A stretch of DNA of 64,000 nucleotides from contig NC_042999.1 in the NCBI RefSeq assembly GCF_006345805.1, positions 119,908,001 to 119,972,000 of the forward strand, written 5' to 3'. Source of the DNA: Octopus sinensis. Its lineage: Eukaryota. A program made the translations under genes and the position numbers. The notes beneath the pieces are model-generated. The model was not told where the DNA came from. It ran no database searches and worked only from the letters and a program-made list of their open reading frames with translations. Within the stretch, counting starts at the first letter, position 1. Each line of letters opens with the position of its first letter. Shown piece by piece: positions 25,035 to 37,975 of the stretch.

Positions 25035-28000
25035 TGTGTGTGTGTGTGTGTGTACTTATGTGTATATATACATATTTATATATTTTTATTACGTATATGT
25101 ACGAATATAGATGTATATATATGTGTGCGTGGCTTTCTTTTTTAAAGTAAAACTGGGCAGTTAGATAGTTAGACAGAAAATATTGTGATTGATTGGTGAT
25201 TAGCAATCACCGCATATTCTGTGGTTACATCACATAGTCTCCGTTATTATGTGCTTTTGGTATTTTCTGGTAGAGAGGCTTATTTCTTTGGCCGCAATGA
25301 AAAATCTTTCTGTCTACTTCTCAATCATTACAGACTGTTTTCTGCATTCTTTTCTACTTTGTTCACTTTTTCAATACTCACAGTAAAAGCACTCTCGTAA
25401 CTCTCGTTTAGCGGTTCCACATGACATTCTGGAGTACCAGTTTGGATTTCTTTTGTAGTATTCTATCAGTGTGACTTATTCTGGATTTTTTTCAAATTGT
25501 AACCGCTGCCTGTGTTTTATATTAACCCGCTTCATTAAAAACAAAGTAATTTCTTGTGGGTGTTTTCTTTGTCTAACGCAGCTAGTAGTTTTAATTTTCT
25601 TTGTTTCATTCATTAGTTATTGAAGGAGCATCGCGTTAATTACCTATAATAAGTTTGCAGGAGTAGACACCAAATTTTCCATCTTCGCGGTTCATGGGGA
25701 ATATTTTATTTCTTTAAACGGTTGTATTCTAAATGAAGCTGTTACTTCTTTTGTTTTTCTGTTTGATTTCCTGCATACAGTCGAGAATATATAGCCATAA
25801 CAATACTACAATGGTTAGTGCATTAATTCATATTAGCGTACATTTGGTATTTACTTCTTATTTATTAATCTATAATACTTTTTTCTAAAAGGCTTATTTT
25901 AATTGTCTACTTCATTCACTTATGAATAATTATATATTTGTTAGGTGATCCACTTTTATTTCTGTAGCATATTGGTAGATATTAATTTACCGCTATTGGG
26001 AATTGCAATAGTACTAATTTCGTATAAATTCTATCTGTTGTCTTTCCAGTGGCTTATCATCTGCTACGTACAACTTGAGGTCTTCCATGTATAGAAGATA
26101 ATTATCCTACTTTGTCACTGGTATCCAAGTTCAGGCTGGTTAAACACTTTTAAATAAATCAGACGAAAAGCGGGCAGAAGTTGTCTGAGAATATTCTTTT
26201 AGAGAGAAGGGGGTTTGCTTTTATAAATGTCTCTTTTGCTGGTACCTGCAGGCATTTTTGTCATTTAATCATGTTTGATGTAACTGTATATTATCTATAC
26301 AATCTTACTCTAGGTTAACATGTACCCTCTCTTCGGGTACAGAATACTGTTAAATATCTTTTGCTCCTCCGTGGCATGATCACGCACTTCATTTTCCTTG
26401 TACAGTCTTCGCTTATGGCTTTGCTGATTACTAACTGATAACCATATGATCCTTTGCAGTTTCTCTTGCGTTCTTCTGAAAGCGTATTTTGTCTTCAAAG
26501 CTAATCATTTATATTCTACGCTATAATTGCAGTGGGTGTAAGATGCGCTGTAAGAATGTAAGCTATGTTTCTATAATATTGTGTTATATTTTTCTTTCGT
26601 TTGTTCGATAACGATGTTATTTTTGTTCTAGTCGATGACTAATGAATTTGTGTATGGTTCTTTGTGACGTAAATTACATATTTTGCCAGCCTTTTATGTG
26701 TGCTTGTTCAATATTTCAACAAGTAGATTGTAACTGTATCATTTTCGATGCCTTTAAGTTATTCATTTCCATAGTGTACGTGCTAATTATTGAGTCGATA
26801 GTGCACCCCTATTTCACCCCTACATTTGTGCGGGTGCTTTAAATAATCTGGACTGTGTCGACTCTTTCGAAGTTGATGCTTTTCTCAAAATTTCTCCACT
26901 TCCCTTTCTGCTTGCACCTATTGATTTTATCTTATTTTATTAATTAGGTTTTCATAAAATCATTTTAGGTTGGAACGGATCTGTTTCTCATTTTCAAATA
27001 ATCGTTTTCCCTTTACATAACAGCGGATTCTCTGTGAGTTAGTGTTTCAGGTGATTTTTCATTTCAGTCATTTTTGGTGCTGTTCCTTCTTGTTCGTTTT
27101 ATATATTTTCCTTATTGACTTTATTAAAGGATGAGCGAACTTTTTTCTTTTTCATTTATTCTCTTTTCTATCATTTTATGTTCTATGTTTGCGTGAATTT
27201 TTATATTCCTATATACAACATTATGAGGGAGCATACATTTGGTTTTATAACTACCGTGTTTGTTGCATTTATTATTTGCTGTTGTTATAGATATTGCTGA
27301 TGATAATGTTGTTGTTGTTGTTGTTGGGATGACACAAGCCAGCCATGATCGTGTTGTGCTGTGGCTTAGAGTTAGCAGAAAGGATGAGCTGCAACTTACA
27401 GTTCCCTTTTCCAATTTATATATTTCTACATGAGGACAATGCTGATCAACGTGATGTATTGTGATGAATGGAGTGCAATATGTCAGTCCTGATTTATATA
27501 ACACTCGCTACCATTGTCCAATGTATTTATCTTGCTTTTTAATCTTAGATCAGCCGTAATCAAACAGACCTTTGGTAAAAAATATTCTGTTCATATGTGA
27601 AAGTAATTATTGTGGTACTTCTTGTACTTTTTATAGGCTTGTCAATCTGACAGTCAGTGATTTTTGTTACGATGACACTGAGTACATTTTTGTGAGTGCA
27701 TAACAGTAAACGAAGTTTTACCATGGTATATGAGGGATATTTTGTTGGAACTATTCTCTGAATTAGGGATTCCCTTTTTGTGGACAGAATGTAATGATTT
27801 GGATATATGTTGCCATTTAGAGGGGGTGATGGTTGGATTAGTGATGTCAAAGTTTAACCCTTCTGGAGAATATAAAACAGCAAATAGGGAGATGAGTCGT
27901 CATTATATAGTTAATTCAGTTTTAGTTTAACTTTGGGATTAGAGTTCCCCCGTTACAGATACAATAAGTTTGACAGTGTTGATTCTAGTAATTTTATACA

Positions 28001-29522
28001 TTGGTGAGTGCAGTGATTCTGTCAGAGGACAGATATTTTAATTGTATGTTTGTGATTTTTCTTACCTTAATTTTGGATATTCATTCATACCCAGTGAAAA
28101 GAAGGGTTATAAATTACTATATAAATCGGTGGGTTTCTTTCACTTTTGTATTCCTGCTTTTCTACTTTTGCATTCCTGTTTTTCTTAAATGGTTTTAGTG
28201 ACCACTTTTTGAGAAATATCTCATAAGGTTGTTTGCTTGGTGCGGCTGTGTGGGTATTTTATTTGAAGTTGTTATTGTGGCATGGAGAGGCGGTGTGAAT
28301 AATGTTCTTCTTGTTGATATTGCTAATTACTCTATATCGTGTTTTACTGTTTGTTTTGTAGCTTCTCTTGGATACAAATGTTTTCCAGCATACTGCTTTT
28401 CCATTGTTTATTTGCCTTGTGGGATATGATGCGTCTATAATTATTTTGTAGTATTATTGCGGCTGTAATGTTGGTGCTGGTGATTGCAATGTTGTTGATT
28501 TATGAAGACCTTGTTTCTACTTTTCGTTGAACTTGTTTCATTGGGTTTTTATTTTTGAAGTTTGTAAAAATGTTTTTGTTTTCTTCATTGATGTTTGAAT
28601 TCATTGATATGATAATTGCTAGGTGGCCGAGGAAAGACGGGGATTTATTTACTAAGTGGTTCTTTGTAGCTATGTGTGTGGAACGGAATGTGCTGTCTAT
28701 AGTTTGCTTCGTTAGCGATGTATGTGTGTGCTTTTTAAGATGTAACGGGGTTTTAGTTGTGATGTTATTTTGTTTAATGTGCACTCTATAAAACCAAGCG
28801 ATGTTGGGTTTCCTAAAATAATGGTATTTCAAAAAGTGTTAAAGAGTTGTTGGGTGTGTAACCTGTTATGCTTGGTGTTATAAGATGAACATACATACAC
28901 AAACAGATGTGCTTGTATGTATGTATATCTCTGTATCTGTATGCATGTGTATGTGTGTATATATGTGTATGTTTTTGTGTGTGTGTGCGTGCGTGTGTGA
29001 TATGTGTACGTTTGTGTGAGCATTTGTTGCTATATTATTCGAGATTACTTTGTTCTCAAAAATGTAATCGTTTATCAAATACAGGATAGTATTTGACAAC
29101 TATTTGGCCTCAAATTCTTGCAGATTGTGTGACTGTGTAGTACTCTTTTCGTTGACTTATATAATTTAGTATAAACTGGAGATAATAACATTAGCATATG
29201 CTTTTATTTTCCCAAATATTCCAGATATGTTTCCTATTACTGTTTCTATTTATTGCTAAGTTTTATAGTCGGTGCGGTATTTTGTTGGCCAATGGCAGAT
29301 TTAAGAACTTCATTTTTAAAAATTATTTCTACCTTTTAGACTACTTCCATATTCTCGATTAATTTCTTTAGAAAGTCATATTCCTTAAATACTTCTTGTA
29401 ATCCGTTTCATCAAATTTTCATGTAGGATTATCTTTGCTTTCTAATACTATATTGCCAGCATGTATTAACGGAACTTGATTTAGTGTAGAATAAGTTGGT
29501 GTAGAATAAGAGGTCCATGTAA

Positions 29523-29740
29523 TATCCTTTCTACTATAAGCACAAGACCCGAAATTTCGGGTCAGAGAAAAGTTGATTACATCGACCCCTGTGTTCAAGT
29601 GGTACTTATTTAATTGACCCCGAAAGTAGGAAAGACAAAGTCAACCTCGATGGAATTTGAAATCACGATGTAAAAACGGACGAAATACCGCTAAACATTT
29701 TGCACGGCGTGTTAACGATTCTGCCAGCTCGCCGTCTTGG
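29523..29740 (-). mobile_element. tRNA-headed SINE (GTCGATTACATCGACCCC family)
   Basis: Full-length alignment by eye to 62650-62853. An A-box-like CTGGCAGAATCG and a decayed B box lie on the minus strand. Confidence 0.8.
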
Positions 29741-32701
29741 AAGTTCATGTAATATAAAAATCTATTTCCTTCACGTTTATTTATACCTTTTCTGTTCTTT
29801 TGCGGGTCTGAGTAGTAACATCCCATCCTCTATTTATATTGTTATCATTTTCATCAAGAACTGGTGTATTTATTGTTTGCGATGTGAAATGCGGCACTCT
29901 TTACTTTTGTACATTTTGTGCGTGAAATGTAAAGCATGCATTTACCGTTTAACCTTTACTCAAATATTTCAGTTATAATTCACTTTATTCCTTACACTTT
30001 CTACTGATGATTGAATCTGCCTCGTATTCATATGACTAGTGTAACATGTACCTGTTACATCAGTCTGGTGTATATGTACGTGTGGTTGCCACTCTGCTGT
30101 AAGTACAAGCATTTGCCACACATTACTTTCATTGTGCATAAAAGAAAACATACTAAAACGTTAATGAATTGCTTGGGCAGTCTTCAACATTTTCTTGATT
30201 TATTTTGAGCTTCATCCATGTCATATTACTTCATTGGGGATAATGAATTTTGCCATGGTAGTGAGGTAGGAAAGTGAGGTAGCACGTCATTATCTGGTCT
30301 CATAAACAACTAGATTTTGTCGTCATTGCTACTTCAGTTTTCTTCGTTAGTATTACTTTTGTTTAGACATGCACAGTGATACAAATTATAATTATTCATA
30401 TGATAAACAAGAGATTTAGTGGGGTGGCATATTCAAACTATAATTTAGTCATACAAATATCTGTTAGATTTGCCATCTATTCTTGAAGGTTGATGAAATA
30501 TAAAAAATAGCATAGTAGAGTCAGATATCTACTGCCTCAAATTTATTGTATTTTTCGTATTTTAGAAGCAAGTACGTTTCGCATAAGACTGGAAATCTAA
30601 ATTAGAACATTATATTGCAGAAGTAATCACAGACTAATTTCTGAGTTGGTAGTGTAGCTTCCATACTATTTTTACCACATAAATATGATAAAAATAAAGG
30701 AAGAGCAGTGACAGTAATTTGAAAGTTTTAATTGCTTCCAACGTGACGTTATTAATAATATACAATCTCGCCAACTTCTACAGCGATATACTGTCTATAC
30801 GTTACATGCAGCAGAAAGTTCCTTTGTTAACTTGAAATACACTGTTGTTTCTAAGTACGAGATTTAAGAGAATCTTGTCAAATAGTCATTACAATTATGA
30901 ATGTCAGGTGGCAAAGTTCAGCGAATGATTAAACTAAACTTGTTGCCAGATTGTTTCGGCTTGATGAAAGAATTGCTACAACAAGCACTACTAGTTGATA
31001 AGATGCATTAGTAAGTTATGAATGGCGTTCTTGATGTCAATTTTCGGGCAATATCTGGTTAGATATACAAATATGCAGGCATGTATATGAACGAGTTTGA
31101 TGTGTCGGTAGTCTTAATACATAAAGTAATGTGGCAATGTATGTGTAGCTTTGTCTACACATCTGAGCTCGCACATGAGATGCTATGTCTGTTCGCACAA
31201 TAAGTATATTGCTTAGTGCAATGTGAATTGGATCTACATTTAATAAATGAGATAGTTCCCAAACAGCATCATGAATGGCATTAATTTGCCATACGTAAGT
31301 TTTATTGAAAATTTCATTCCGTGATCATGAAAGTTAAATAAACAGAAATGTGTAGAATTATGTATATTCCCAGGAACAACGAAAGAGCAAATGCGAATAT
31401 GAACTCAAGAATCGGTGCTACAAATAGATCATACGAAAATTATTCAGTTCCCTTTGGATTTGAATGTGGTAATACTGCTTCACACAAAATTGGGGAAGGA
31501 GTATGAAGATTCAATTAAAATATGTGTTCTTCTGTTTGCGTGTGTATTTATGCGCATGGTAATTATGCCTTCAATCTAAAAAGATTGCAGTCGTTATTGC
31601 TTATTGCATAGTATGTCTCATACCCTTTCGGCTCTTAACATGTAAACAATCACACCCCAAAACACACATAGATACACAACACACGGGCACAACTTAATTG
31701 AAGTACACTGGACTTGGTTATGGTAATGAAGTAGATAGGACACTAGATATGTGACATTTCCTCCTGCTCACCTGAATTCGAAGATATCAACTGCAGCATA
31801 ACAATAGATTGACCATTATCGGTGCTGAAGATAAAATTCGCCATTAGACGTACGGCTTTACAACTGTTCTACTCATCAACAACAGAGCTGCACGTGACTT
31901 TGCTGTAATGAACAAGCCTTACAGACACGGAAAGTAAACTGCGAATATATAATTGCATAAACTTCTCAAAGGATTTAATTTATACGGAAGAAGATTGTAC
32001 ATCTTTGTAATAAACAAGACCCTTCGGAAAGTAAGACGCTACATTTGTGCTATACATATATGAATGGATGTTTGCGTATATGATTATGAGTAAAGTGTAC
32101 GTATCAAAAACACAAATATTACACGCACATGCATACAATATCTCACAAATTCTCACACACGTACACAGCATATATATTTGCGTGTATCAAAGATAAACAC
32201 GATTACTGGTCAATAACGTTTTGGTAAAATATTTATGCTTTTATATTATAAATCAATATTATGCATGAACGCAACGTCCATCCATGCATATATATACGTA
32301 CATACATATATACAAACAACACACCACGACTTAATTGTATCCATACTTTTAAACGTGGTGAAAACCTGTGGCAAATTCCAATATAAACAACGATCCCATG
32401 CAGTTACAAGAGATTTGATATTGATTCTGTGAAAATACGCTGTTGACTTGTGGTTAAATTTCTGATTGTTTTATGAAGCAGCTGAATAGTATATTGTATC
32501 AATTAGGAAAGGCAATCGTGTATGTCTCCTATGAGTAACGGTCAATAAAATAAGAAACTATCCACCACGTGTCTACCTCTCTTATGTATTAATACTTTGA
32601 CCGCTCATCGACAGCATAGAAACAATATATTTACGTTATTATGACTTTTAAAAGACATTTTCATTCGCACCTCACTTTACCTTAAATGCACACACACACA
32701 C

Positions 32702-32741
<40 letters not shown>

Positions 32742-32753
32742 GTATGTATATAT

Positions 32754-32804
<51 letters not shown>

Positions 32805-32826
32805 GTATGTATATATGTATGTATAT

Positions 32827-32904
<78 letters not shown>

Positions 32905-33391
32905 GAAATATTATACAAAAAGAAAATAGAAACTACACGTGGTAATGTAAGGAGAAAGTAAGAAAAATACGCGAAAATGCACATTGGAAATTAAAAGAGG
33001 TAAAGGCTTTTTATGAAAAGTAACGAAATATATATACAATTAGATGAACTGAGGTAGGAGTAGAAGTAATAAAAGTCATTATTGTGAATTGTTAAAGAAA
33101 TTCAAAAGCATACCGGTTTCGTAAGTTACTAATCATATACACACACATACCTACATGCATACATATTTCTTTTTCTGTGTAAGTTGTAATTAAAATTGAA
33201 GTTTAGATATGTTTTCAATTTAGCATCCAAACCTTATTTTGGGTATGCCCCTAGTAGTGTGCTCTCAGAGCACGTTCACCACTTACGGCTACCAGACTTC
33301 ATCCGCGGTAAATGAAGTTTGGGCTTGGATCTATATTAGGAATTCGTCGCTGCATGTTAAGCACATTCTAAATGATTGACACAAATGAAAG

Positions 33392-33641
33392 AGTGTATTG
33401 GAAACTTTATTTATCGCAACGATCGCTTCGGCATACTACCAACACACCAATAATCATCATCCAGCTACACCTATGAGAGAAATGTAAACTTTATAACCTA
33501 AAAGCCATTTACGTTACCTGATGGGGTTTCTTCTGCACTGTGGGGAGCATTCGATTTCAATATATCGTTCCCCACCCATGGGGAAGCAGCACAGAGACAT
33601 GCAAAAACGATTGTTGTGATAAATAAAGTTTCCAATACACT
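33392..33641. mobile_element. MITE-like / foldback element with 34-bp terminal inverted repeats
   Basis: AGTGTATTGGAAACTTTATTTATCGCAACGATCG (33392-33425) versus the reverse complement of 33608-33641 gives 32/34 identical. No clear TSD. Confidence 0.7.
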
Positions 33642-34276
33642 GTCATCTGTACCAATCATTTAGAATATATTTTCATGTATATGTATATATGAATATATAA
33701 GGGGGGGGGGGCAATTACATACGTGCACTCACAAATAGTTTATGACATACCAATATATAAGCAACCAACACATACATACACACAAACACAAATATATGCA
33801 CAGAAACACACTTATACAACCAGTAACATACCCACATTCACGTGTTCATACACCTCGTATATGCATATGTGTATATATATATGTGTGTGTATGTGTGTGT
33901 GTGTGTGTGTATGTGTGTGTGTGTATGTGTGCTTGTGATTGTTTGTATACCCAAGTATGCACACAGATACACACACACATACACACATACACACACATAT
34001 TCATACATACATTCATATCGGGACACAGTGACACAGCCAGTTTCCTATCCAATCACGCGGCCAAAGAAATTCCCTCTTTTTATGGAACTGTTGTTGCTAA
34101 GGAGTTGAGAATATTCTTTACAAAACCATGTAACCTGCGTTGATCAATAGCAGCTTCTCTTGCAGTAGCCATCTTGGACTTGCTGTGTCTCTACATTCGG
34201 CATTCCAAAAGCTTGAATGTGTCGGATTCTTCTTAGGGGCCTGCAAAACTTGAAGTAGGAAGAAACTGAAATGCAT

Positions 34277-34278
34277 TA

Positions 34279-34361
<83 letters not shown>

Positions 34362-34375
34362 TAATAATAATAATA
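34277..34375. repeat. (AAT)n microsatellite
   Basis: Direct reading. Confidence 0.95.
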
Positions 34376-35064
34376 CACACATATATGTATACCGTCTTAC
34401 AGAAAACCGCTTCCTAGAATTTTTTGTTACTAACACAAAATATATCGGGGTAGAGACTCACATAAACAACAAATGCATTTGAGCATACCCAGGACGATAT
34501 GTATTGTGCTTTTCACGCAAGTAAATGAAGAGATTTTTATCTCAGAAAATAACACAGCCCCATGCCTTTCAACGATTTACATGCATTTACTATGACACAG
34601 AAAGAGCGATCTTAATTTAATGTTCTTTCAATTGCGAACACTGAGTTTTTTAAAGCTCCACGAGGTCTCTGCATTATCAATGAATATAGTGACGCACGGA
34701 TTTCATGTAAGGTGCATTGAATTGTCAAACATCAGGAAGTGGGTATCATGGTTGTCGTTCTCGTGAGTCGCAACAAATCTAAGTAAGAAGAGAAATTCTA
34801 TTAGACAAAAACGCAACATTATGACTTTGAGCAATTGCTATATATTTAGTATGATACACAGATGGTTATATGTATGTGTGTGTATGTGTGTGTATGCGCA
34901 TGTTTACGCATGTGCATTTTTGTACGTGTGTGTGCATATTTACGCATGTGGCTTTGTGTGTGCGGGGTATGTGTGGTGGGGGGACGGTTTGTGTGTGTGT
35001 GTGAAGAAAACATATACTTCAGCGCCTAGACGATGAGTCATTTACTCATTATATTATACTGCCT

Positions 35065-35268
35065 GAGGTGGTGTGCTGGCAGAATATTTAGCACGTCGGG
35101 CAAAATGCTTAGCGGTATTTCATCTGTTCTGAGTTCAAATCGGTCTGGGGTCGACTTTGCCTTTCATTCTTTCAGTGTCAATAAAATAAATACCGGTTGC
35201 ATATTGAGGTTGATATAATCAACTAACCCCTCCCCCCCAATTTTACGCCTTGTCCCTATAATAGAAGA
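35065..35268 (+). mobile_element. tRNA-headed SINE (same family, plus orientation)
   Basis: GCTGGCAGAA head, CTGAGTTCAAAT B box and GGGTCGACTTTGCCTTTCAT body. Confidence 0.8.
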
Positions 35269-36376
35269 CATCACGTTCTACTGCATGCAATTAATGAACA
35301 GCAACGTGTATTCTGAAAGTAATCTTTAAATGGAACCAGCGAGACACAGCCTTTGACGAGGCAGTAACTTTAAACTACAGTTATAATTAATCTGACTGGC
35401 TTATGTACAGTTTCCACCTGTGGAGTTGTCCTTACAAGACTTCGACTGATTCAGTGTTGTAGAAAAAAATCACTCGTGAAGTATGTTATATTGTCGGTCT
35501 AAACCAACACCTTAAAATTGCTCAGTTAAATCCCTTTCCGCTCAGCTATAATTGTATCCACATACATACACGTAAAACCAACCAATATACACACACACAC
35601 ATATATATGTGCGCCGGTTTATGTGTGTCTATGTTTTGTTATGTGTGTGTCTATGTTTGTGAGTGTTTGTATGCGTGTGTTTGTGTGCGTGTTTTTTTAT
35701 GTGTGTAAGCAAACATATCGAATAACTGTTTCACACTAAGCCGATTGTTTGATCACTGGTGATGAGAAATATTCGTTAATGTGCCACCAACAGTATTGAC
35801 TTGAGAGAGATATGAATCTAAATCCAAGGACATTGGTGGATTGAAGTAATCAATCCTGGTTTTATGGTCTAACAGTATTGTAGCTGCAAAGAATGTCAAT
35901 AGTCAGTATATACTTACACACACACACACCATTTTCTCCCCTCTATTTCTTTATTTTTCTCTTTCTTGCTGTTTCGCGCACCATAAATATGTCCATGTAT
36001 ACTTGTACATGGGTGCATGTGTGTGTGTGCGTGTCTGAATTAATGTCGGCGTTTCGGTGATTCTGTGAGCATTTAAGTGATCGTACGTATGTGTGAGCGC
36101 GCTCGTATTGAAGCGATTACAAAAAGTAATCAAAGCAACTCCACAGAACGTGATGCATATCGGAAGAAGGAAACTGATATTGCGTCTTTTGAGACACTAT
36201 ATGAATGGTAATAACATTCAAAACTACTTCAGTTTTTGGTGTCATTATTATTTTCCGTGAGTGTTTACTTCGAAATTGTTGTATACGTCAATCACAAATA
36301 TTTGAGCTATACGTGTCAGTCCCTATGTGCCTATGTATGTATATATGTATTTATGTATGCATATGTATATATATAT

Positions 36377-36467
<91 letters not shown>

Positions 36468-36745
36468 ATGTGCGGGCGTGCATGTGCGTGTATGTGTATA
36501 TGTTTATATATGTATATGTATATATATATATATGTGGGCGTGCGTGTGCATTTGTCTATGCGTGCGCGAGTGTGTTTGTTGCCTCATACCTATATCTATA
36601 TATATAATTTTTATTACTATTTTTAACAGCTGTAAAAAAATTACTCTAATTGTGAAAATAATCCCCAAAGACAGCTACTCATGCATTTCATTAAGAAAAT
36701 ACCGAGAGAAATATATTTTTAATCGAACACATGCAATAATTTGCT

Positions 36746-37975
36746 TAGAGGAGACCGGATCTAGGTGTCACACGGGTAAGTTGTTACAAGTCCATTGTTT
36801 CCATCTTCATGAAATCAGTGGCATTCGGATCTCTACCTTGTGAAGGCCAACTCCATAACATCATGACTGCTCATGTGTATTGCACTGGCGGATACAGTGC
36901 AATACATGTGTATTGCACTGTCACCAGAAAAGGTATGGATCAAAAAACGATTTTTTACTTGAAAAGGGAAATTTTTGCCACAAAGTTATTTCTTTAACTA
37001 CTAAAGCACAAGTGGTGTTACTGAAGTAGTTTGTGGCTCACTAGGAAGTGTTGGAAGTTGACTTCGATACATGAGGGTGTGTTCTGGATGCCATGCATTG
37101 CTAGTGCTGTGTACGAGGTAATCCCCAGCAATCTACGGTCGGGGCTAATTGTTACAGTGTATCAACTTACCCCGGGGATTTAAGAACTTACCCCTTCTAT
37201 TTCAGTTTAATATGCCATGCCTAGAAATTACAAAAGGAAAACTACAAGGGGGATACCCCACCTGATGTCATGGAAAGAGTCGCCAGAAAAGTTGTGGATG
37301 AAAAGAAATCATTACGGGATGTTGCCGTAAAACAGCGCGCAGTGGATGAAATAAACGAACCGAAATCAGGGAAGCGGTCTCGTAGCCAGTAAGTCGCCGA
37401 TTGGAAGTGCCTTGTCTGCTCAGATTGGTATTCCAAGTCCCTTCCAGGTGAAGAATGGGTGCAATGCATGATCTCTAAAGACTGGGAACACACTAACTGT
37501 ACCGATGGACTACAGGAATTTCTGTGTGACCTCTGTGTTGAGAAGTTAATGGAGGACGATTCCGACTAGAAGGCACATGTAACAATGGGGAAAATGGCTG
37601 ATGAGGGCTCTCAGTATCACAGTTAGGATATGAGGTGGTTCAAAGCACAGTTAATTAAAATATTACTTCCTAGATGTAGTAAGCAGGAGACGTATTCATT
37701 TTAAACTTGTTTGTTAACATAATTCCGAGATATTGACAGTTGTATCAAAGTACCACAGTAAGTGTCACAACGTACCCCGCACTCGGGGAAAACTGTTACA
37801 GCTGACACCACCTCATTAATTAGAATCTGGCTTATTAATGTTATGTAATTTCTGTTTTTTGCTGGTGATAACAATAAATAGAGATGTTTTAAATCTGAAA
37901 AAAAACTTCAGCTGTATTCATTTATGTGGGTGCCAAGGCAAAAAAAAAGGAAAAATATGTAACAAATAGACCTAT
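36746..37975 (+). mobile_element. Internally deleted pogo-like DNA transposon: N-terminal HTH stub fused to a C-terminal PHD finger
   Basis: ATG 37217 gives MPRNYKRKTTRG, then a frameshift, then PPDVMERVARKVVDEKKSLRDVA (psq/CENP-B-like start). This is followed by CLVC..GEEWVQC..(S)KDWEHTNC..FLCDLC* ending at 37569. Related GGG(T/C)(A/T)A(G/A)TTGT(T/G)ACA-type motifs occur at 36773 and 37141, and inverted at ~37762 and ~37958. Ends are approximate. Confidence 0.72.

Larger units (their letters stand above)
24230..27850 (-). mobile_element. Decayed R4/Dong-clade (RT + CCHC + REL endonuclease) non-LTR retrotransposon
   Basis: Domains appear in the correct order: TLSEERKRNCKGSYG..QLVISKAISEDC (26400-26490), IFSDNFCPLF (for GIFQGDSLSPLLF), NYLLYMEDLKLY (26068-26103), FIAAKEISLSTRKYQKHII..C.ICG..INH..CPVL (25150-25315), KWYNH...ALWDTEIHT..CLLIDLSI..SKYKYLEI (24378-24602). 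The 5' boundary is uncertain and may extend to ~28800. Confidence 0.82.
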
